Source of the DNA: an uncultured Lachnospiraceae bacterium
GTDB taxonomy: Bacteria; Bacillota; Clostridia; Lachnospirales; Lachnospiraceae
Reading direction: 5' to 3'
Length of the DNA stretch: 46,228 nucleotides
Assembly: GCA_902796415.1 (NCBI GenBank)
Contig: CADBOX010000011.1
Span: 1-46,228, forward strand
Shown piece by piece: positions 38,910-46,228 of the stretch. Numbering within the stretch: the stretch's first letter is position 1; each line of letters starts with the position of its first letter. Made by a program: the position numbers and the translations under genes. The notes under the pieces are model-generated. The model did not search any database and was not told where the DNA came from. It saw only the letters and a list, made by a program, of their open reading frames with translations.

Positions 38910-41900
38910 ATGGAAAGAGAGGTTAAGTATATGCATCGTACATGGAAGAAGATCCTTGCATTCACGATGGCGGCGGTTCTTCTGTTGGGCAGCAGTAATC
39001 TGTCCTGGACCACAGAATCCGCTTATGCTTCCCAGGTGCAGGATCAGCAGGATGAACTTACCTCAGATAAAACGGTCAGAAAGACTGACGGACATGCCAC
39101 GGAGAAAGAACCGGAAGACAGAAGCAATGAAGATAGCACAGAAGAGAGTACGAAAGAATCCTTGTCAGAAGGAGATAAATCAGAAGAGAACTCATCAGAA
39201 GAAGAAACTGACAGAGAGGACTTTTCTGAAAAAGAACATGAACAAGGGGATTCCTCTGAAGAAAAACTTCCTGAAGAGATATCTTCTGAACAGAAACCTA
39301 CCGAGGAGAAATCACAGGAAGATACTTCGACCCATGAGCCTTCCAATGGGCCATCGCCGGAAGAAGCAAGCCCGGAAGATAAGATTCTTGAAGATGAAGA
39401 GAATTATACGCTCTTATCTACAACCGGACCACATGACGTAGATATGCCGGATGTCACCAGCCATTATTTCAACCTTCAGAAGAGCAGCACAAAGGTCAGT
39501 TCCGCTTCCGGAACATACCTTAAGGTGGTAAGTAATGTCAACGAAGCTTCCAGGTTTATTTCCACCGAGATGACAGATGGTGCACTCTACAGTTTTACCC
39601 CTCGAAAAACTTCCTCAACCACAGTAACCGTAGGCGGCGGGACCGGGGGAGGCATCTCTTTAACCGCAGTGGCAGGAACCAGCAGAGACCGTTTTGGAGA
39701 TGTATTCGATGCTGTGAACGCAGGTCGCATCAGCAGTAAGGTGTTCAATTTGTCCAAGTGCTCCAGCAATCCTTATGCCCTATATACGAATGTAGGTACC
39801 TGGTATGATGCATCCACCAGAAAAACCTATTCTGTGGATATGAAGATGGAGGTGACTGGGTATCTGTTCCCTTCCGAGAAGATTCGGGATCAGTTGTATA
39901 ACAAATATACGGCACCTTATGTAGGATTCAACAGCAACATGATTGGAATCACCGTCATGGGGACGGATTATGTACAGACTGGCTTCACTTTCTATTATCA
40001 TGGAACAAACACTGAGATATCCAACCTGCATGGTGTGATTCAATTCTGTGATGTGGACGCACAGCAAGGTGTGGATTTTGGAAGCGGTTTTCAGAAGATT
40101 ATTATGTTCAACACCTCCGGATCTCACTTGCAGTATAATCCTTCGGGAATCATGAGTGGCAGTCACGGATATGTCTCCAGCCGGACGGTGGAAAATGTGA
40201 AATCAGGAGATGCCAATACCACAGTCCTGGGAGTATTCACCGGATCCAGAGCATCCTGCCGTTGGACGATAGCCAAATGTGATCACAAAGATACCGGCGG
40301 ATCTGCTTCCCATGGAGTGTCTTCCGGATTCGGAATCCCGGCCGACAGCAAGCTAGCCGATGCCATCTCTTATTACAAAAGCAACAGTACCGGATTCCTG
40401 GGTATCTATGCAGACCTGGGTCTGATTACTCTCCCTCCCAGGATTGACAAGAATGAATACAGTGGAAAGGTAGACTCTTCCAAATCTTCCATCAATCAGA
40501 AAGAAATGAGTCTGACTGACAGGGAAGAAGAGATGACCTTTGTACTGACCTGTGCAGCGGCATCCCCATCCGATATTGGGAAAGCCCAATATACCACTTA
40601 TAACATAACAGATACATTAGAAGCTGCATTCTCACTGAAAGAAGATGGGGTGAAGGTATATACAGAAAAGTCAGTCGAAGACTCAGTAAATACCTACTCA
40701 GATGTGACCGGACAATTCTCCGTCAGCGTCAGTGATCAGGCAGACCATCGAACCAAGATTACGGTGGGGGCCAAAGCAGATTCCCTGAACACTGCATCAT
40801 TCTATGGGAGAACTTATTACGTTCATATACCGGTAAGGATTCGGACTGAGGAAGAACTGGCAACCTATGGGCTGTCCCTTTCCGATTGGTATCAGAAAGA
40901 TGAATCCCTCGGGAAAGCGGTTGGAAGCAGTCAAAGTTATCGAGGCCTTATCGCCATCGGAAATAACTCCCAACTTTATGTAGTCTCCAATCAAGGCACT
41001 TCGAATATTTTGACCAGCCCTACTACCGGAGTCCGGATTCCCATGCGTGTCCTGATCCGTAAATTCGGAGATGACAAAGATGCGCCGGTTAAAGGGGTGA
41101 CCTTCGCTTTATATGGCGGGGAACCAGGGGAAAATCGAGAAGGAAAAACTCCTTTGATGACAGCCGTGACAGACGAGGAAGGTTATGCATGGTTTGAGCC
41201 GAAGACCGGGACCTTTTTTAACGCTTCCTATGGAGACGGACCATATTATATCGCAGAACTTTCTGTGCCGGATCAATATAAAGATATATGGAGTCCTTCT
41301 GTTGACCCTGATTGGAACTACGTGATTGAGAAGCTCCCTGATCTCTCCCTTCTGGAGAAAAGGGAAGAAATGATCACGAAAATCATAACAAAGGATGAGG
41401 CGAATCTGGGTCACATCCTATGGAACCATGAGAAAGAGAACGAGAAAAACTCTGTGAGAGCTTATAAGAAGAGCACTGATACCGGAGAATTCCTGGGAGG
41501 AGCCCAGTTCATACTTTACGAATGGTCCGAGAGAAAAGGAGAATACATCGAGTTGATGCCTCTTACCGAAGGGAAGGACGAGAAAGGAGATATCTATTAT
41601 AGCAATGCTGTTTCTTTCCGTAACTCGATGGATAATCTAGGCAGATATAAGGTGTTGGAAACCAAGGCACCTGCTGGTTGCCTTCTGGCTAAAGACGCCT
41701 GGGAATTCACCATGGGAGAGAAGACGGAAAAGGTTGTCCACACCTTTGATAATGCTTTGCAGAAGGTGGCTCTGGAGATCCTGAAAAAAGGAGAAGACGG
41801 GAAACTCCTTCCTGAAGTTATCTTTCAGATAAAGGCTGCGGAAGACATCTATGCTCCATGGGCATCGGAAGATTCCGAGGATAAGAGCAGCTCCCTCCTG

Positions 41901-43853
41901 GTATCCAAGGGCACTGTGGTTGATACCATCACTACAGATGGGGAAGGAGTTGCAAGAAGTACAGACGGCCATGAACTGTACGTGGGTGAGTATCTGGTGG
42001 AAGAGATTCAAGGAGCAGAAGACTATGTAATGAATACTGAGCCACATAGAATCAGTCTGGAGTATTCATCCGAGATTAAGGAACCGGTTATCCAGCATCA
42101 GATTACCCTTAGCAACCCCAGGATGCAGCCTGCCATGGCTGTGGCAAAACTTGCCGACCACACAGTAAACCCTGTTGGTGAAAATGTGAAATTCAATCAG
42201 ACCACCGGTCGTTACGAAGAAGAAAAAGTGGACGGTATGTATAATAGCGAAGAAACAGTAGATTTTACTATCACTGTGACCAACACCGGAAATGTGGATC
42301 TGCTTGATCTTAAGCTGGAAGATTCCATGGATGAGATTAGTGAAGAGCAAGGATACAGCCTGAAGGAATTCGTGCAGGAGGAGGCTTCCTTTTTCCAGAT
42401 ACCTAAAGAGGGATATTATGTGTCTGATAAAGGAAACAAGGTAACTGTTTCTTATGAGGAAGGTAATCCAATGAATCTTATAATGGACTGTCTTGCGGTA
42501 CAGGATTCCGTAAAAGTTCATTTTCTCACAAAAGTAAAAGAAGACGCAGCAAATGTATATCATCTGAAGAACGATGTGAAACTGACTGCAAGATACCAGA
42601 CAGTACAAGGGAATAATGTGGAAAAGAAGTTAAAGGATGTTCCCACGGAAGATTTATTGGATGAAGATGGAAATTCCCTGACAGAAGACTGGGATCACAT
42701 CAATATCCCCGGTAAACCGGCCGCGAAAGTTGCAAAGATTGCAGATAAGACTACAGGAGCTGTTTTGAAAGATGGTCGCTATGAGGGAACGAAGACGGAA
42801 GGCCTTTACGAATATGGGGAAAATGTAGATTTCACTCTGACTGTAACCAATTCCGGTACAGCGGAACTATACCAGATTCTTGTGAAGGACACACCGGATA
42901 CTGAATTGTACGAATCCCTGGAAAGCGGATCCATTCAGTTCGAAGCGGGAACATTTATCACAGCACAAGGACGTGAAGTACATGCTGTGACGAAAGAACA
43001 GGAAGAAGAAAGAAGCTACGGCCTCTTGTTAGATACTTTATCTGCAGGGGACAGTGTAGAACTCCATCTCACAGGGAAGGTAAAGTCAGGTGCCAAAGCA
43101 GCCACTTCCCTCAGAAACCATGTTGTGATATCCGCCGAATACCAGGCAAGAATAGACAGCTTTATCTCTGTTCCACATACTCCGGAGATGGAAGACGAAG
43201 ATACCATCGGAATCGCAACTCCAATCCTGGTCATCGCCAAACTCGCTGACAAAACCACAGGAGCCACTTTAAAAAAAGGAAGATACACAGGAACCAAGAA
43301 ACCCGGTACCTACCAGGCAGGAGATAGCGTAATCTTCAGCTTAAACATCACAAATAAAGGAAAAGGAAAAGCCAAGGAGCTTGAAATCACCGAGCGCCCA
43401 TCCGGAAAACTGATTCAATACGTAAAACCGGTAGGATACCAGGCAAAAGAAGGGGACACTCTCACTACATCCAAAGGGAATACCGTTGAAGTAAAAAGTG
43501 CCTCTTCAGATAAGATTACATTAGATAAGCTCCTGCCCGGTGACTCTGTGGAGATACACTATGAATGCAAAGTGAAACAGCAGATAAAAACTATCCGGAA
43601 CCTGAAAAACCAGGCGAGGGTAACCGGAAAGAACCCGGACGGCAGCAAGATACCTGACACACCGGAGATGAAAGACGAAGACACCATTCATCTGAAAAAA
43701 GTTTCACCTCCATCTTCCAAGTTGCCGACCTATCCCTCCTCTTACCCGAAAACCGGGGATAGCAGTAATACAACAGCAAACCTGGCTATAGCAGGTATGG
43801 CTTTGCTGGGAATCCTGTATTCTGTCCGCAGACGGAGGAGACATATCTCTTAA
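38910..43853 (+). CDS. Sortase-anchored multi-domain adhesin with SpaA/CnaB-like and DUF11-like Ig repeats
   Basis: Signal peptide, acidic linker, E-box-like YKVLETKAPAG and YLVEEIQGAEDY, three FTxTVTNxG repeats, YPKTG sorting motif, hydrophobic helix and RRRRR tail. Start 38910 or 38931. Confidence 0.88.
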   Translation: MEREVKYMHRTWKKILAFTMAAVLLLGSSNLSWTTESAYASQVQDQQDELTSDKTVRKTDGHATEKEPEDRSNEDSTEESTKESLSEGDKSEENSSEEETDREDFSEKEHEQGDSSEEKLPEEISSEQKPTEEKSQEDTSTHEPSNGPSPEEASPEDKILEDEENYTLLSTTGPHDVDMPDVTSHYFNLQKSSTKVSSASGTYLKVVSNVNEASRFISTEMTDGALYSFTPRKTSSTTVTVGGGTGGGISLTAVAGTSRDRFGDVFDAVNAGRISSKVFNLSKCSSNPYALYTNVGTWYDASTRKTYSVDMKMEVTGYLFPSEKIRDQLYNKYTAPYVGFNSNMIGITVMGTDYVQTGFTFYYHGTNTEISNLHGVIQFCDVDAQQGVDFGSGFQKIIMFNTSGSHLQYNPSGIMSGSHGYVSSRTVENVKSGDANTTVLGVFTGSRASCRWTIAKCDHKDTGGSASHGVSSGFGIPADSKLADAISYYKSNSTGFLGIYADLGLITLPPRIDKNEYSGKVDSSKSSINQKEMSLTDREEEMTFVLTCAAASPSDIGKAQYTTYNITDTLEAAFSLKEDGVKVYTEKSVEDSVNTYSDVTGQFSVSVSDQADHRTKITVGAKADSLNTASFYGRTYYVHIPVRIRTEEELATYGLSLSDWYQKDESLGKAVGSSQSYRGLIAIGNNSQLYVVSNQGTSNILTSPTTGVRIPMRVLIRKFGDDKDAPVKGVTFALYGGEPGENREGKTPLMTAVTDEEGYAWFEPKTGTFFNASYGDGPYYIAELSVPDQYKDIWSPSVDPDWNYVIEKLPDLSLLEKREEMITKIITKDEANLGHILWNHEKENEKNSVRAYKKSTDTGEFLGGAQFILYEWSERKGEYIELMPLTEGKDEKGDIYYSNAVSFRNSMDNLGRYKVLETKAPAGCLLAKDAWEFTMGEKTEKVVHTFDNALQKVALEILKKGEDGKLLPEVIFQIKAAEDIYAPWASEDSEDKSSSLLVSKGTVVDTITTDGEGVARSTDGHELYVGEYLVEEIQGAEDYVMNTEPHRISLEYSSEIKEPVIQHQITLSNPRMQPAMAVAKLADHTVNPVGENVKFNQTTGRYEEEKVDGMYNSEETVDFTITVTNTGNVDLLDLKLEDSMDEISEEQGYSLKEFVQEEASFFQIPKEGYYVSDKGNKVTVSYEEGNPMNLIMDCLAVQDSVKVHFLTKVKEDAANVYHLKNDVKLTARYQTVQGNNVEKKLKDVPTEDLLDEDGNSLTEDWDHINIPGKPAAKVAKIADKTTGAVLKDGRYEGTKTEGLYEYGENVDFTLTVTNSGTAELYQILVKDTPDTELYESLESGSIQFEAGTFITAQGREVHAVTKEQEEERSYGLLLDTLSAGDSVELHLTGKVKSGAKAATSLRNHVVISAEYQARIDSFISVPHTPEMEDEDTIGIATPILVIAKLADKTTGATLKKGRYTGTKKPGTYQAGDSVIFSLNITNKGKGKAKELEITERPSGKLIQYVKPVGYQAKEGDTLTTSKGNTVEVKSASSDKITLDKLLPGDSVEIHYECKVKQQIKTIRNLKNQARVTGKNPDGSKIPDTPEMKDEDTIHLKKVSPPSSKLPTYPSSYPKTGDSSNTTANLAIAGMALLGILYSVRRRRRHIS

Positions 43854-43894
43854 GTTAATTATAAATCATCAGATGAAAATCTGGTAAACACAAA

Positions 43895-43924
43895 AATGCC
43901 GGTTCATAAGAACCGGCATTCTTT
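43895..43924. terminator. Intrinsic terminator
   Basis: AATGCCGGTTC-ATAA-GAACCGGCATT. Confidence 0.8.
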
Positions 43925-44087
43925 AAAAGAGAGAAAAGTATGAAAAATTTTTTATCAAAAGCTCTTTGTTTTGATGATTTTATTATAAATGATAAATCTT
44001 TTTTATGTTTTAATGAAACATAAAGAAATACTGAATAAAATTCTGAAGAAGTTCTTACATTCTTTCCCAAATTTCGAGAATTTCAAC

Positions 44088-44116
44088 TTGACTTTATACT
44101 TACCCAGTGATATTAT
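44088..44116 (+). promoter_or_regulatory. Sigma-A promoter of the tRNA
   Basis: TTGACT-N17-TATTAT with extended -10 TG. Confidence 0.75.
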
Positions 44117-44126
44117 TGTTTGGTAT

Positions 44127-44200
44127 CGAGGCGTGGCTCAGTTTGGTAGAGCGCTGCGTTCGGGACGCAGAGGCCGTGGGTTCGAGTCCCGTCGCCTCGA
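44127..44200 (+). tRNA. tRNA-Pro (anticodon CGG), CCA not encoded
   Basis: Acceptor stem CGAGGCG/CGCCTCG, D-arm GCTCAGTTTGGTAGAGC, anticodon arm CTGCG-TTCGGGA-CGCAG, T-loop TTCGAGT. Confidence 0.97.
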
Positions 44201-44210
44201 TTCGGGTTAA

Positions 44211-44255
44211 TCCTGGGAGTGGCTTTAATAGCCACTCCTGGGGTTTTGTTTTTTT
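44211..44255 (+). terminator. Terminator after the tRNA
   Basis: GGAGTGGCT-TTAAT-AGCCACTCC followed by a T tract. Confidence 0.8.
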
Positions 44256-44263
44256 CCAGGCAG

Positions 44264-44303
44264 CTTGAGTCAAGTCAAAATCGACTTGACGACTTGACTC
44301 AAG
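44264..44303. repeat. 13-bp inverted repeat built from GACTTGAC units; putative integrase arm-type sites
   Basis: CTTGAGTCAAGTC (44264-44276) / GACTTGACTCAAG (44291-44303), plus an extra GACTTGAC at 44283-44290. Confidence 0.65.
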
Positions 44304-44312
44304 TAATCAGCT

Positions 44313-45551
44313 TCACAAAGCACGATCGAGCTTAAAGTCCAAAAGATTATCTACTCTTCTCTGCTTTTCAGCCGATGACTTTCTGTCAAAGTGGTAATAA
44401 TTTTCAGATGTATTGATGTCAGTATGCCCCATAAGTGAGATTACCAGGTTTTTGTCAAAACCTGCATCGAGAATAATGCTGCAGAAAGTCTTCCGGATCT
44501 TGTGTGTGGATTTCTTTTGCAGACCACAACTGTCACATATCCGATAAAGTCTTTTTCTTAATGTTTCCGCAGTCATACGCTCTCCGGAGGAATTGGTTGC
44601 CAGATATTCCGTAAATGGCCTTAATTTCTTCAACGTCGTAATGATCCAGGCATAATCGGCAGGGATAAAGGCTTTTCGGAATCCGGCTTCCGTCTTTGGG
44701 GAATCCTTCACATCGTAATGATATTTCCCGTTTTCATCCCGCCACTTCGTCTGCGTTCTCTTTACTTCGAAACAAGTATCAGACAAAAAATCACTGTATT
44801 TCAGTGTGGACATCTCTCCGACTCTTAATCCGGTCAGGATCATCAGAAGAAGACAAAGGTTATGGACATCCTGATGGTCAAGCAGGTACTGAATAAGTAC
44901 CGGTAGTTCACGGTCTGTGAATACCTGTGACACTGGACTTTTATGAACTTTTCTTGGATGAACTTCCAACTCAGAAAATACATCGGCATAACTATAATCA
45001 ATCAGCCTATCCCGGCGTGCCCTCTTGAGGATATTCTTTGTCAAAGTTTTCATACTTGAAAAGGCTCTGCTGGTCAGCTTAAGATTCCCAACAGATTCTT
45101 CTAAAAAGTCAACCATACCTTCCATAGAAATATCAGATATTCTTTTCGTGTTCCACTCCTGATTTGTATAGAACCGTTTGAAATCAGAATCATATCTGTT
45201 GACTGTGGCTTTTGATACGTTACCGTAGTCAATTAATTTTTCTCTGAATCTGTAATATACCTCTTCGAAAGTAAGATCACCATCTTCTTCTCTGATATTC
45301 TCAATTAGATAATCCTCCAATGCCTTCCTTGTTTTTCTGGCGATTTGCCTCTTCCCTTTTGGTTTTGTCGGATCTTTAATATTTGTTACATAGTAACCTC
45401 GCTTATTCTGCCATATGGCATAAGGATGTTTTTTCAAGATCTGAGCTCTTTTATTCTGTATCATGTCTTGCTTTACAGCAGCTGCAATCTCATGACTTAT
45501 TATACCACTTTCCGCCCAGGTTTTAATTAAAGAATTGAGGTCCTCCTTCAT
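44313..45551 (-). CDS. Tyrosine-type site-specific integrase
   Basis: TGLRVGE (R), PKT (K), HKIR (HxxR), LMGH and NYY (Y) catalytic motifs; N-terminal arm-binding-like region HPYAIWQ. Start probably ATG 45551 (SD AAAGGA). Confidence 0.92.
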   Translation of the reverse strand: MKEDLNSLIKTWAESGIISHEIAAAVKQDMIQNKRAQILKKHPYAIWQNKRGYYVTNIKDPTKPKGKRQIARKTRKALEDYLIENIREEDGDLTFEEVYYRFREKLIDYGNVSKATVNRYDSDFKRFYTNQEWNTKRISDISMEGMVDFLEESVGNLKLTSRAFSSMKTLTKNILKRARRDRLIDYSYADVFSELEVHPRKVHKSPVSQVFTDRELPVLIQYLLDHQDVHNLCLLLMILTGLRVGEMSTLKYSDFLSDTCFEVKRTQTKWRDENGKYHYDVKDSPKTEAGFRKAFIPADYAWIITTLKKLRPFTEYLATNSSGERMTAETLRKRLYRICDSCGLQKKSTHKIRKTFCSIILDAGFDKNLVISLMGHTDINTSENYYHFDRKSSAEKQRRVDNLLDFKLDRAL

Positions 45552-45750
45552 GTGTTCGAAATCCTTTCTATAGATTTCTAAACAATATGGAAAGATTATC
45601 GAATCATACTTTTTCAAGAGAGAATATAGTATTACCAGAGAATGGAAACCAGAAAAATGAAAAACGAAAATGTCATCATATTATGCTTGTAAGTAATCAG
45701 TATTATAAGGAGATGACATCGTAGAAGAATGTATTATCAGAAATTGTTGG

Positions 45751-46016
45751 CATACCTTTTTGGTAATCGTTCCCTCTCAATCAATAGAATTGAGGCACGA
45801 TGGCTTACGTGGTTAAGTATGAGTAACCCGTTGGATTAGATAATCGCAGTTGTGATATACCTGCAGGAAATGACAAATATCACACCGTTCTTTTCCCAAA
45901 CGGTAGTGGATTATGGGATAAGAATTGCTGTGTAAGCACAGCTAAGGGCTCCGACTGGAAGACAGGGAGTATATTTTGCCGGAAAACCGGCTAACGAACT
46001 GAAGCAACTGTTTTTT
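45751..46016 (+). ncRNA. Candidate structured non-coding RNA, family not recognised
   Basis: At least six hairpins or helices, G-U pairs that work on the + strand, a loop-to-downstream complementarity (pseudoknot candidate) and a terminal T6 tract; no long ORF. Confidence 0.5.
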
Positions 46017-46041
46017 AAAATTTGTCACTATTATCTTTGTG

Positions 46042-46084
46042 TTGCCATAGAGGGGAAGGACATGGGACTTCCCCTCTATGGCAA
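46042..46084. repeat. Perfect 17-bp inverted repeat
   Basis: TTGCCATAGAGGGGAAG-N9-CTTCCCCTCTATGGCAA. Confidence 0.9.
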
Positions 46085-46132
46085 TCACCTTTTAAATACG
46101 TTTTTTGTGACTAATCTGATGGAGGTGGTGAA

Positions 46133-46228
46133 ATGTCACGTAACCTGAGGCAACAGGCCAGAGGAATCATCTTTGCCGCATTTCGCGAAAACCTGGATAA
46201 ACGTGCTATGAAAGCAGATGGAAAGGGG
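46133..46228 (+). CDS. Partial ORF running off the right edge; possible N-terminus of a second tyrosine recombinase
   Basis: Strong SD GGAGGTG at 46121-46127; MSRNLRQQARGIIFAAFRENLDKRAMKADGKG. The family guess is from recollection of similar N-termini and rests on only 32 aa. Confidence 0.55.
   Translation, partial: MSRNLRQQARGIIFAAFRENLDKRAMKADGKG

Larger units (their letters stand above)
44201..46228. mobile_element. Left end of an integrative element (prophage or genomic island) at tRNA-Pro
   Basis: Tyrosine integrase gene converging on the tRNA 3' end 112 bp away; sequence looks more AT-rich than the core genes. The other att site is outside the window. Confidence 0.75.

Noticed and set aside
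43989-44210. 73-aa ORF in the track
   Set aside because: Overlaps the tRNA-Pro gene and its promoter; spurious.
45729-45839. 36-aa ORF MYYQKLLAYLFGNRSLSINRIEARWLTWLSMSNPLD as a toxin or leader peptide
   Set aside because: The nearest SD (AAGGAG) is 16 nt away, there is no clear TM helix, and it overlaps the structured region; not supportable.
45751-46016. Assignment of the structured region as a retron msr-msd, IscB omega RNA or IS110 bridge RNA
   Set aside because: No reverse transcriptase, IscB/TnpB or IS110 gene is visible, and I found no loop complementary to the tRNA att region; left unassigned.

Overview
Low-GC Firmicute chromosomal window, most consistent with Lachnospiraceae (inference from gene content and protein style). 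Positions 1-38.7 kb are mostly housekeeping and metabolic genes: DUF554 protein, LCP protein plus priming glycosyltransferase, htrA, a lipid kinase, htpG with a CIRCE element, two COG0523-type GTPases, a lactate permease / FAD dehydrogenase / FadR regulator cluster, hpf-secA-prfB-tex-ycxB-tsaE-tsaB-rimI-rnz-tsaD-ispD-clpX, class 3 fbp and ilvBN. These are followed by a 1.6k-aa sortase-anchored adhesin and tRNA-Pro(CGG). From about 44.2 kb a mobile element is integrated at the tRNA. It carries a tyrosine integrase, putative arm-type repeats, a ~270-nt densely base-paired non-coding region with a candidate pseudoknot, a 17-bp hairpin and the start of an ORF resembling a second tyrosine recombinase. 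That structured-RNA/recombinase module is the best candidate for an undescribed system. Also notable: a 1086-aa acidic protein with a degenerate DnaB-like ATPase domain, a DnaA-box cluster with no dnaA in the window, a prfB lacking the programmed frameshift, and a ClpX lacking the RKH loop. All family assignments come from motif recognition by eye; no database searches or folding programs were run.
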